Source: Geosiphon pyriformis uo1 (Eukaryota > Fungi > Glomeromycota). Taken from it: a stretch of 64,000 nucleotides of DNA. The DNA lies in NCBI GenBank assembly GCA_016748015.1, contig JAAOMT010000563.1, positions 248,001-312,000 on the forward strand, given 5' to 3'. Every line of letters starts with the position of its first letter. Position 1 is the first letter of the stretch. Shown here in pieces: positions 1 through 12,500 of the stretch. Under the pieces are notes generated by a model. The model worked only from the letters and a program-made list of their open reading frames with translations. It made no database searches and was not told where the DNA came from. The position numbers were made by a program, and so were the translations under genes.

Positions 1-439
1 TTTATTTAGTAGTTAAAAATCCAATAAAAACACTTGTTTATATTACTTTTAATTAGATTAAAACTTATTTACAGTTTTGAAAAAATTTTCAAAAATTATT
101 AATATTTAAAAAAAAATTTAAGATTAACAAATATTTTTAACAAATAATATTAATTGTTAGCAATAATAATATTATTTTTATTTACAAAACACAAATAATC
201 AGATATTTTATAGATTTAATATTAGATAATAATTTTCGATTAATATTATAACTTAATATTTCTTAGAAAAAAGTTGACAAATTATTAATTAAACTTATAA
301 TTAATATTTATAAAAATAAGAAAAAAAAACTTAAAGATTGTTAAAGCTATTCTTATTTAAATTAATAAAGTATATATTAAAACTAATATAAAATTATTAA
401 AAATAAAAAATTATATTATAATTATTAAAAAAAAATATT

Positions 440-3400
440 ATTTTTGTCTCTTTAATTTTATAATTATAATCAGAACAAAAAATAAAAAAGTTTTATCTAA
501 TATTTTTTCTAAAATATTTAATAAAATTTTAACCAGAGAAGTTTTTTTTGTTGTAAAAACAGCTAGACAAAATGTCTTAGAAGCTTTTTTCTTAAATAAT
601 AATAATAAAAGACTGTTTTTAGTAGTTATTAAAGTATTTTTTTTATTTTTGGCTAGTTTTTACTAGTCAAAATTCTTTTAAAAAAACACATATGGGTTAA
701 TTTTAGTATTGCTTTCATCTTTACCAAAAGCCTAAAAGTTTTTAATAGTAAGCCAGTTAACAAACTAATTTTTTTAACTATTGTTGCTATATCTGATATT
801 ATTAGCATTACTTTTTTAAAAATAATCAGAAAAACCAAGAATTCTAAAAAATAAAAACAGTTACTTGCTATTGCTATTGTTACATCAAACTCTTTTGTAG
901 TTTTAGATAAAATTTTAATTGTATTATTTAGCATATTATTTAAAATAAGCCAAGATTAATTACTGGTTATATTATTAAATATGATATCTTTTGGCAAATT
1001 TTTATTGGTTTTAGAAGCAAAACAACAGTTTCTTGTTGGATTATCTGTTCTTGAAAACTGGTTTAAGCAAATAAAAACTGATTTATTATTGCTTTTTCTG
1101 ATTTTTGGTATTGTTGTTAATAGTGTTTAGAAAATTATTATTGGTTAACAAAAGTTTATTGAATAGATGGTCTTTACTTTAGTGTTTAATACAACTTTTA
1201 AAGTAAAATTGGCCTATTTTAAAACTGTTTTTTAATTTATACATAGTTTTTTAAATATAAAATCAGTATTAAAAGACAATATGAAGCTTTTTTGTGTAGA
1301 GTTTGTTTTTCAAAAGTCTTTGAAAACTGCTTTTCTGGTTGAGTTTATAAGCTCTATTTGCTTGATTACTCTTAAATTTACCAAGTTTTTGGTGGTTTCT
1401 AAATCTAATTTCTTTTTTATTATTATTATATTATATAATATATTTTTAAGTATATTTGCTATTGATATTAAAATAGCTTTTAATGTATTTAGTGAAGTCT
1501 TTTATATTGTGCTAAAGCCTATTGATGTTTAACAATATGTAGTTATTTATTTTAAAATCTTAAATACTGTTATATCTGCTTTAAAATACTGGTTAGTTTT
1601 GTTGAGCAAAAATAATATTAGTATTTTTTCTCTTGTAAATCAAAATAAAACTATTCTGTTTTGTGATAAGTTTGAAACCAAGTTGGTTAATTTTTTTTCT
1701 GGTTGTATTGTTTATAAAATCAGTAATATAATTTCTTAAATTAATAATTAGACTTGTTTTATTTTTTGTTTATTTAATTCTGATTGTTTTTTCTGATTTG
1801 TTTTAATTATGTTTAACTTACAGAGTAATTTAAATGCTATTATTATTAAAATTAATACTTTGAAAAAATATCACATCTGGTAAAAAACTTTTAAATACCA
1901 ATACTGTTTTAAGTATTAAAACTTAAATTATTTGGCTATTAATTATAAGATATTGTTACAAATGATTATTTGGGGTCTTAAATCAAATAACAAATTCGTA
2001 ATTTGGTGTTTAATAACTAATACAATTGGTAATATCTGAAGGTTTTATTAATCTAAAGATTTTGGTTGAGTTCTTTGTATAATAAACAGAAATTTAATAG
2101 TTGTTTTTAGTAGTCTTTCAGAATCACAATTCCATCAATTCTTTTTTTGGCTTGGTGGCCAGCAATTCTCTGGTAAGTAATCCTTAATCTCAAATGGTTT
2201 ACTTTCTTGCAGAAGTCTTTTATTAGGCAATCTTTAACATCAATAATTTAGCACTTTATTCTTTAATCAATTAGTCAACAATAAGAAAAAGAAAATAAAA
2301 GAAAAATAAAAGAAAATAAAGAAATAAGCCAAGACAATAAATGTTAGTATCCTATCAATAGCTGTGATCAAGAGCTATTGTTCCAGTGTAATTAAGTATT
2401 AGCAGCTATTAACATAAAGTATTGATAGTGAAAAGTGGATTGAGATAGCAAATAATTATTTATTGATATTTGTAAATTAGAAAATTGCTTAAATGAAATT
2501 TAAACTGAGAGATCTGTCTTTTCTGTTTCTAATGTTACTGCTATATATACATATTTGAGATTCCTCAATTCTTCTATTTTTTCTGCCAGGAATCCTGGAA
2601 TTCTGCAATTTCTTGTATAAAAATCCTGTAATTTTTCTAAGAGAAATTCTGGAATTTCATATTTTACTATGTTTACTTCTGATTGGCTAATATATACTAC
2701 TATGATTTCTATCTTTTATGAATAACAGTGTCTTTACTTCTTTTTTCTAAAATGTTCAAAACTTTTGTGCTTTTTTTATTAACATTAAGTTTTATGTCAA
2801 AGCTGTTGCTTCTGTATCTTTTTTGGTTTCTGGTTTTTTAGTTAATTCTGTTTCTTCTGTTAATATAATAACTAATATTTCTGTAATTTTTTCTTGGTTG
2901 GCTTCTTTGAAATCTGATTTGGCCAAGTTTTTTGCTTTAATTAAGTCTATTATTAAGCCAGTCAGATTTTTAGTTACTGTGTTTAACCAATTTATTAATA
3001 ATAATTTGGTTTCAAATAGTGTGTTTGGTCTTAAAATTAATAAAGTTTTAATATATATGAATATTTTTAACAAAGCAGTTAATAAATTGGAGTAGAAAAT
3101 AGTTGTTTTGAAAACTAAGTATAGTTATAAGAACATTAATATGTTTGGTTTTTTTATAAGTTTGTTTGCATTTAATAATAACATATTTTCTAATTAATAT
3201 TACTATAGAAACATAAATCTATTAGTATTAAGACTAATATTTTAAAAATAATTAAATAGCTGGTTGAATTAGTTAATAATAGTACTATATTGTTTGAGAT
3301 TATTTAATAAATGTTTTTTTTTAGATAAGTTTTCTTTTAAAATATTAATATAGTATAATTTAAACTGATTTAAGTAGCTAATTACATATAGAATGTATGT

Positions 3401-3490
3401 AAATTTTATTTAGTACTAGAATATTTAGTTTGTTTTTAACTTTTAAATAATAATTAGATCATATTTATTAAATATCTAATAAAAAAATAT
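440..3490 (+). mobile_element. ORF1-only non-LTR retroelement, copy A (heavily decayed, interrupted by solo LTR at 1954-2727)
   Basis: Colinear with the copies at 7630-8579/27305-28630 and 60250-63956. Same 5' boundary (TTTGTCTC.TTAATTTT); ORF fragments MKLFCVEF... (1281) and SLKSDLAKF... (2823); degenerate shared 3' tail at ~3351-3420. Confidence 0.85.
1954..2727. mobile_element. Solo LTR (774 bp), TGTTA...TAACA
   Basis: Termini TGTTACA/ATAACA. Flanks ATAT (1950-1953) and GTGT (2728-2731) are a 4-bp TSD differing by two G>A changes; removing the insert restores colinearity with the other ORF1-only copies. Confidence 0.75.
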
Positions 3491-3964
3491 TAAAAATAAA
3501 TAATTTACAATAAAACCAAGTCTATTGTAATTAAATATTAATATTAGACAGTATTTTTTGTAATAATTTAACAACAACAATAATAACAATAAAATAACAA
3601 TAATAATAATTCTAATAATTTCAAAAAATTTTTAAAAAAAAAGAAAAAAATTAAATTAGTTTTTACTATTTTTAGTAGTAATAAAATGTTTTTAAACAAT
3701 ATACAAATTAACAGTAAAGATTTAATAATTAATAAAAAACTTATTTATTAAATATATTATAATTTATTTATTTTATTTTTTAAGTAACAAATACAAATTA
3801 TGTTTAATTTATAATAAAAAAATCAAAATTATACAAAAAACATTTGACAAAAAAGTGTTTAAAGTTTAATTATTAACAATTAACAAAAAAAATTTACTAA
3901 AAAAACCAAAAAATTGATATTAAAAACTTATTAATTCAAAATAAGTTAATAATATTAAATAAAA

Positions 3965-6550
3965 TTGTCATAAATAATTTTTTAAGTTATTAAAATTTTT
4001 GTAATTTGTTATTTTAGTTAATAATTTGTTAATTAAATAATATTTTAAAAGTTTTAATGGTTGAGTTTTTTGTATAATAAATAAAAATTTATGAATAATA
4101 ATTAATAATATTTAATATTTTATTTTTTTAATGTAATACTTAATTTATTTTATATTTATATTTTTTTAATAAGTAGTTTCATTTTTTTGACTATATTTTA
4201 TACTTTTTTTTGGTGTTTTTTATTAAATAATTTTTGATATTGTAATTTTAATATTATTTTTTAATTAATTAGTTAATATAAAACAAAACCAAAAAAATAA
4301 AAAACAATAAAAAATTAATATTTTATTAATAATTATAACCAAAAGTTATTGTTTTAGTGTAATTAATAGTATTGTATTAATATAATAAACATTAACTAGA
4401 TTTTAATAAAATAAATATTAAATTATAAAAATTTAATATTTAAATAATTTTAAATAATGAATTTATTTTAAATAAGTATTTAATTCAAGTATTAAATTGT
4501 TAATTATTGAAGTTATTTAATAAAAATTGAACTGTTTTTAATATTTTTACTATATATAAATAAATATTTATAATATTAAATTTCTAAAATTTATATAATT
4601 TACTTGAATTATTACTAAAATTTTTGATATTTTTGCTGATTTTTTTAGAATTTTTGGCATTTTTAAAATTTTTAAAATTTTTGTTAGTATTTTGGAATTT
4701 TTAATATTATATGTTTTAATAATTTATACTATATTATTAATTAATTATTTAATATTTTGTTTAATATTTTTTTTATTTTTATTTTATAAATAATAATATT
4801 ATAGTTAAACAAATTTTATTTAATATGTAATTAAAACTCAAAATATCTGATTTATTTATTTAAAGTCTTATTAATCACATTAACAAAACAATAAATTTAT
4901 TAAAAAAAAATAGATTAAATAAAAAAGCTTAAGTTTATACAAAAAACCAAAAACAAATAAATATTTTCTGTTGTAATAGTATTTAAAAAAAAAAATTTTA
5001 TAATTTTGTATTAATTATTACTAATAAAATGTAATTATTAAATAAAAAATATATTTATTATTAATAATTAATAATACTTTTAATTATTTAAAAACCCAGC
5101 TTATTTTACAATAATTAATTTAACTGTTAAATTTTATTAGCAAAAAAAAAACCGAGTTTATTGGATTTATCAAATTTGAAATTAATTTTAAAGTTTAAAT
5201 TATCAAAGTTTTTGTTATAATAAGTCTTAAAATTGAGTTTTTGAGAAATTTGTTTTAATATTTGTTTTTTTTCTTAATTAATATTTTTTTAATTATTGAT
5301 AAATCTAAAATAGTAATAATAGTAATAATAAAAATATAAATAATTATAATTAAAATTCTTTAAAGTATTTTTTAAATTTGTTTAATAAATAAGTATTTTT
5401 AAAATAATTCTAAAAAATAAGTTTGAAATTTTTTAATTTAATGTAAATATTGATACAATTCTTAATAAAATTTAAATAGTAATATTAAAAATATAATAAT
5501 ATTATAAATTTAAAAACAAAATGAATTTTAGTTTTTTTTATAAAAATACAATTAATTTTTTAGATATTGTAATTAGTATTAATATTTTATTTAAGTTTTT
5601 TATAAAATTTTATTTTTGCTAATTTTAAATTGACTGATTCTTTTAAATTATATTTAATTTTTTTATTAACATAAAAATTAAATATTAATTTTACTAGAAA
5701 ATGGTAGTTAATTCTAAATTTTTTGAAAATATTTATATAATAATTTTTTAAACTTTAAGTAATTAATTTTAGTAAATTTTAATTTTATTATTTTTGTTAA
5801 TTGAATTTAATAGTATTTTTGTTTTTTGTAAATTATATTTTACAAAAACACTAAATATTATAGATATTTAAATAATATATTAGATTATAAGTTAATATTT
5901 TAATACTATTATTTTAAATTTAAAGATTTTAAGTTTATTTAAAAGTTTTAATGATTAAATTTTTTATATAACAAATATAAATTTAATAATAATAGCTAAT
6001 AACATTTAGTATTTAATTTTTTTAGCATAATAACTATGTTTTTATCAAACAATTTTTAATATTATAATTTTAATATTTTTTTTTAATTAATTAACAAACA
6101 AAAAACAATAACAAAATTAAAAAAAATAAGAATATATAAGTTAATATTTTATTAATAGTCATAATTAAAAAATATTGTTTTAGTATTATTAATAGTATTA
6201 TGTAAATATTATTAGTTTTAATTTAAAAATAAGTAAATTTTAACAAAATAAATATAAATTTATAAAAATTAATTTAAATAATAATTTTATTTGACTAAGT
6301 ATTTATTTAATTATTAAAATTATTTAATAAGAATTAAATTAAATTTGTTTTTTCTGTTTTATTATTATTATTATATATATATAAATTTTTATAATACAAA
6401 ATTTTTGAAATTAATAATGATTTTTGCACTTTTTTTAAATTATTTTTGAAATTTCTAATATTATATATTCAAATAATTTATATTATGTTATTAATTAATT
6501 ATATTATATTTTAATTTTTAATTTTTTTCTGTCTTATTTTATAAATAACA
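3965..6550. repeat. Two highly decayed relatives of the 1954-2727 LTR (~3965-4797 and ~5830-6550) with unidentified sequence between
   Basis: Blocks at ~4330-4380 and ~6155-6200 resemble 2355-2400; 4620-4700 resembles 2570-2660; 6530-6550 ends ...TTTTATAAATAACA like 2727. Boundaries approximate. Confidence 0.45.
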
Positions 6551-6554
6551 ATAG

Positions 6555-7520
6555 TTATATATGTTTAAATTTTTATTATTTAATTATTATTATTGTTAAT
6601 AATTTATTATTATAACTTTTAAGTTTTAAAATTTTTAAATCTTGCTGTTTTAAAAACTAATATTTTAAATAAATATTATATTTAATAAAAAATATTTAAA
6701 TATTATTATTATTATAAATACTAATATTTAAATTATTTGTTTATAAATTTTAAGATATTATTACATTTTTTTAAGTTTTTTTCAAATTTATTATTAGTTT
6801 TAAGATTTTTAACTTATTTTTTATTAATATTAAATTATATGCTAAAACTTTTATATTATTAACTCTTTTTATTATTATATCTTTGGCTGTTTTAATTGTT
6901 GTTATTATTAATCTTATAATTAATTTTAGATTAAATTTTTTAAAATTCTAAATTTTAATTTGACTATATTAATTAAATTTGTTATTAAACTTATTAGTTT
7001 TTTGATTATTTTGGTTTTTTTTTGGCTAATAATTAAAAAAATCTTAAGCTAAAAGCTAAATTGGTTAAATTAAATAGTGTTATTACAGATTTTTTTGGTT
7101 TATTAACTAGTTTGTTTAAAAACTTTGTTAATTTTAAGACCAAAATAAATTTTGGTTTAATAAATAATAATAAAATAAGTGTTACTAAACCATTTTTTTT
7201 AAATAAATTAATTTTAAATTGAATAATAAATTTGTAACAAATAGGTTTTTTTAATATTAAAAGTAGTTTGGAAAATTAGATTGTTTTTAAGTAAATTTAT
7301 TTTTAATAATCATAATTTAAATAATTATATTATTAAACTTAGTAAATTAAGTTTACTTTTAGACATTTTTAAATTAGCTTAAGATTGTTTTAATAAAAGT
7401 TTAAATAACTGGTTATGTGTAAAAAATACATGATTCACACTTATTATAAAACTTGAATGTTTTATATTATAAGTTGTAAAAAAATCACATTTTGTTAAAG
7501 CATAAAAAAAAAATAAAAAA
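6555..7520 (+). mobile_element. 3' half of another ORF1-only element (very decayed)
   Basis: 6630-6770 resembles the zinc-knuckle region at 1820-1950. Ends in the shared tail CTGGTTATGTGTAAAAAATACATGATTC (~7409-7436) and an A-rich run. Confidence 0.5.
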
Positions 7521-7629
7521 AATTGGTGTAATTTTATTTTATTTTTAAAATTGGTAATAATATTAATTAATTAATTAAAAATATATTTTAAAAAGCTTGT
7601 TGTTATAATTATTAATATATATTTTTTTT

Positions 7630-8579
7630 ATTAGAGTTTAATGAGCAAGGCCCAACCACTATCTAATACAATATGATTACGTAAGGTCTTAAATTAGATG
7701 TAGTTCACGTGTTTTTTACATATAACCAGCTACTTGAGCCAGTTCAGACTATACTATATTGATGCACCAGAAGAAAACTTACTCAAAGATGACATTTTTT
7801 GAATAATAAAAAACAGAGTCACACTACAAGAAACCAATCCAACCAGCCATTTAGCTGTTTTCAAGGCATTAGCTTTAACATTAATAGGCTCATGTTTCCA
7901 AAGAGACAACAAATTAGAAAACACTTCTTTATCCAAACCAACTGGATGCTCTGAATTATCAAACATATCAATATTCTCTATGCAGCATTCTTTTTTTAAA
8001 GAAACCACTTCCTTTTCCAACTTATTAACAATCTTACTAAAAGAATCCATATGTATCATAACCTCATTAACCTTAAGACCAAGTTTACTGCTTGAGACCA
8101 AATTCCCATTAATAAATTGCTTGAACAATTTGACCAAGAAACCAACTGGTTTAACAATAGACTCAACCAAAGTAGAAAGCTTGACCAAATCAAATTCCAA
8201 AGAAGCCAACTGGAAAGACACCAAGGAATCATCAACAACTATAAAAGAAGAAGTAAAAGCTGCCAAGAGAAGAAACTCAGAAGAATCCAGAGAAGCAGAA
8301 GCTTTTGCATAAAAAACACCATCCACAAAACGTGGCTTAAACATCTTGGGAGCCTTAGGAGAAGGAGGCTAAGAAACTTTGTAGTCAACAGCCAAATGGT
8401 CTACTTCTTGACATCTAAAACATTGCTGACAACCAGGAGTTTCTCACCAAATATGGCATTTTTTTAAGATACCAGTTTTGACAATTGTAGAGTTCAAATC
8501 AACTTGGGAACCAAACATAACCAGAGCAAACTGGGAACAATGACCAGAATCAGACGAACAAGGAATAAAACAAGTCCAG
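7630..8579 (-). mobile_element. ORF1-only element copy B, 3' part (zinc knuckle, coiled coil, 3' tail)
   Basis: ORF 7754-8344 is homologous to 61808-62263; its stop is followed directly by the LINE-like 3' tail. Joins 27305-28630 across the TSD CCAG. Confidence 0.9.
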
Positions 8580-9435
8580 TGTTATGGTTTAAGAATTTAG
8601 CAAAAAAAATCATAAAAATAATACAAATTATTCAATTATAATATAGCACAGTAATAATCTTAGAAAGGTAATGATTAACATAGTAGCAAATACCATCTTG
8701 CGATAGTGGCAAGCACCAGTTCACAATAGCAGCCAACACCAACTGGTGATAGCAGCAAACACCAGGTTGAAATATCAAAAAGAAAGTATTTTCTCGTAGA
8801 ACTACAAACATGTATATATACAGTAGTTTTAATATTGAGAAATAATCAATCAAGTAATAAAAATCATAACTTATCAAGCAACAGATCCAATTTTATCCAA
8901 CAAACTCCACTTTAAATCATACTTTCAAATTAAATATCTCAAAAATCAAAAAGAAATGAAAAAGAATATTTAAAATGGAACTATCACAACCCAAAGTATT
9001 AAGAAACTTACTTGTATTATTTATTGAATGAAACTATCATTCATCAACTGAATCCCTTGGAAGAATAATTCTTGATCAAGATTATTCATGTTGTTACTAA
9101 TTGATAAAAGCTTTATTGTGAGAATTAGAAAAGTGCTAAAGACCATTAACATTCTGTGTTTCTAGATTAGAGAAATACATCAGGCAATTGCAAGGATAGT
9201 CTCAGAGAAGACCCCAGACAGTGGGTAGATTTCAGTTCAGCCTCTGAGAAGGAGTACATAAATACACACAACAATCAAGAATTAAAGAATAACTTACATC
9301 ACAACAGTAAAAAAAAAGTCTTCAGTGTAACAGTGACATTATCACACAAATAGAATTGAGGGACTCACAAAAGACTGATTGCAATTAAAGCGGGATATCA
9401 GCAATTAAATATAACAAGAAAACCATCCTGTAACA
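8580..9435 (+). repeat. 5' LTR of outer Gypsy element
   Basis: Near-identical to 26435-27304 and to the reverse complements of 16156-16903 and 24625-25491; followed by a PBS. Confidence 0.95.
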
Positions 9436-9455
9436 TTTGGTGAACCCTACGAGGA
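9436..9455 (+). promoter_or_regulatory. Primer binding site TT-TGGTGAACCCTACGAGG (possibly tRNA-Trp)
   Basis: TGG begins 2 nt after the LTR end; the complement ends ...GGGTTCACCA. Identical site at 24605-24624 on the - strand. Confidence 0.75.
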
Positions 9456-9517
9456 AAGAAAATCAAAAAAGAAATAATAATTAGCAATAATTCATTGCTA
9501 AAAAAGAAAAGACAAAA

Positions 9518-12500
9518 GTGGTAACAAAAACCCCTAATCTTACTGTTCTTGAATTCTGCCATGCTATTTACACACAAAATCAAAGTGATCTTGGATTACC
9601 AGAAGGGTGTTGTCCAGCAGAATCTGTCCTCACTTATTATATCAATGCCAGAATAAATTATCATATAGGAAAGGAAGAAAAACCACACGATGTAAAACTT
9701 GGATTGTATAGAGAATTATCACAATACACTACAAAAGAAGTAGCAGTAATAGCTGCAACTATTGTCAAAATCCATCGAGAAATTGAGCAATACGCCAACG
9801 AAAATTTCCCAATATCCACAGAAAACACTAGGGAATGTGCCAACAAAACCAAAGAAAATTTAGAAACTAATCAGGAAAGTAACCAGCAAAAACTAGAAAT
9901 ACCAGCTCAAACGCCAAAGAAAACTGTCACTCAATCAATAAAGAAACAACGTATTTATTCACCAGAAGATAAATCATATCATTTTTCACCAGAAAATAAG
10001 ATACAAATTCCATTAGGAATTGCATCATCATCAACATCAACTCCACAAACGCCAAGAACTCCTAGTTATATTGATAAAATTAAACAATGTAACTGGGGAG
10101 ACATACCAATTACAGAAGGATATTCATCACTATTCCAAAACCCTCTTTTTCAGCCAAAATTTAGAACGGGGTTTGAAAACCGTGAAGAAGAGTCTGAATC
10201 AGAATCCGAAAAAGAGACCAGCGAAAAAACAATCACAAGACCAGTCACTGAAACAAGCAGCCAGTCCAGAAACCAAGAAACTCGTGATCAAGAGCAAGAA
10301 CTGGATATAAGGGAAGCCACCTTTAGGAACGCTCAAGGAAATATCATCCCACCTCCTCTTAGACCAATAAACCCACCAGCAGAAAATGGCAACAAAATGA
10401 CCACACCATACATTGCAAGACTAACAGATTTCTCAGGAGAGAAAGAAGAAACGGACGTGCACACATGGCTCAGAGAAGCACAAAAAGCCATCCAGGCAAA
10501 TAACTGGAACAACCAAAGAGCAATTCAAACATTACTTTTCTTTCTGAAAGACACAGCCAATTCGTGGTATTAAAGCCTGGAAACAAAACCCACGAGCTTC
10601 GCCGAATTTAAAAATGCACTCCTGGAGTATTTTAGCGACCCAAATACCGTAATCCAACTACAGAACAAATTCAATACTATCAAGCAAAATACTGGTAAAA
10701 CTGTCACCCAATACCTTGCTCGATTCAATCGAATTCGCCGTCAGATTGAAGCAATTGAACAAGGATACTACACTGATCCTCAGGTTTTAAATCAGTTTAT
10801 TAAAGAATTAAAAGGCAGCATTTTAGGAAGAGTATGCCCTGCCCACCCTAATTCCTTACCAGAAGCCGTTACGCTCGCCAGAGCCCTTGAATCGGCTAAG
10901 AAAGAAGCTAACTATAGTCAAATGGTTAACATGGTAATAGAGAAAAATAAGACAGAAACATTAGAGAAAAGAGTAACGCAATTAGGGGAGGAACTCTCTA
11001 AGAAAATAGAAAATTACCTCATTCTGGATCCGAGAAAAAATACATACCAACCACCCCAAAGACGCAGCCAGGAAGTCAGCAACAGTCGAAATAATCGCTC
11101 GTCACGCCAAGAATTCAGAACAGAAACATGCGCCTGCCATTTTTGCAAATGCATAGGACATTTGATTAGTCAATGTCAAACGCAAATGATGCAGGAAGCA
11201 CGTGAAAATAATTACTACGCGCCACCCCAAATGCCCAGAAACCAGTACACGTCAATACCACGCCAATATCCCACTATGTATTAAAATCAAGGAGCTTACC
11301 AGCAACAGCCCATGATAGCCAACCCGAATTGGCGTCCCGAGGCCTGAAATCAGCCCATGTGGAACCAGAACGTGTTGGTCCAGAGGAATCCAAACCACGC
11401 TGGAACCAATCAGCAAACCAATCCAAACTACCAAAATTATCAACAAACTTACCTTAATATACTAGAAAACCTGATCATCGGAAACAATGACAGTAGAAAC
11501 ATAAACAGAACCAAGAATTCCTCCAAATTGAGCCAGACAATACCACCAGCAGTTGCCACCAAAAATAGCAGCCTCGCAGCTATTTTTCCTTTTGAATTAG
11601 AGGAAAACGAGACTATGTTCAGTAGAGCAGCATTGGATGAAAAACGCCCAATCACTGCTATGTATACAGAAGCCACTGTAAACAATACCCCAATCAAACT
11701 TATCTTAGACAGTGGATCCGCTGGAAGCATCGTAACACTTCAACTAGTAAACCAACTGGGTTTCAAAGTTGATCGTGCCGCGACGTCCTAAATCATAACA
11801 GTCGATGGAAGTACAAAGCTGCTTCATGGCGAAATCAACTCATTCCTTTTCGAAATTAATGGCATAGTAATACCTACAAAAGTATTAGTAATGGACGCTA
11901 CGCAATATCAAGTGTTAGTAGGGAATAACTGGTTAACAAAAGCCAACACCACCCTAAACTGGACCACCCAAGAGCTTCTGATCAATTATAATGGCCACCA
12001 GGCCAAAATTCCAGCCACCTGTGGCCACTTCCAAAAACCCAGCACCAACCAAAGACCTACCTTCGAATTTGAGAAAAATCCAGCACTACCAGCCATCGAA
12101 ACCTATCAGCTCTCTTGGGCTGATGACCAAAGAACAAGACTACCAGCTGTACCAACGTGGACCAGTGAAGAAAGATCCAAATGGAACCAGGTAAGTTCAC
12201 AAAGAAACCACCAGCGACACAAACCAAAGCTAGAATGCTTGGTTTGCAAGAAGAAACTCTCGTCTATGACTGCGTGCAGTGCACTGAATGAAGACCCAAG
12301 AAATCCCACCCACTACTATTGTAACAAAGAAAAATACAGTTACCCAGAAAGACATGGAAAATGAGATAAGAAACCGTGCCTTGCTTGTGGAGAACCATTA
12401 CCAAGAGGATGCGACTGGAACAACTTACTAGGTAGAGGAGGAACGTGTGATGCAACTTGTCAATACACAATCCTCATCTGTGACTGGATAAGAGGAGGAA

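Noticed and set aside
8632-8877. 81-90 aa antisense ORF (MISYDFYY...) present in all four LTRs
   Set aside because: No ATG start; recurrence simply reflects near-identical LTRs; no recognisable motif.
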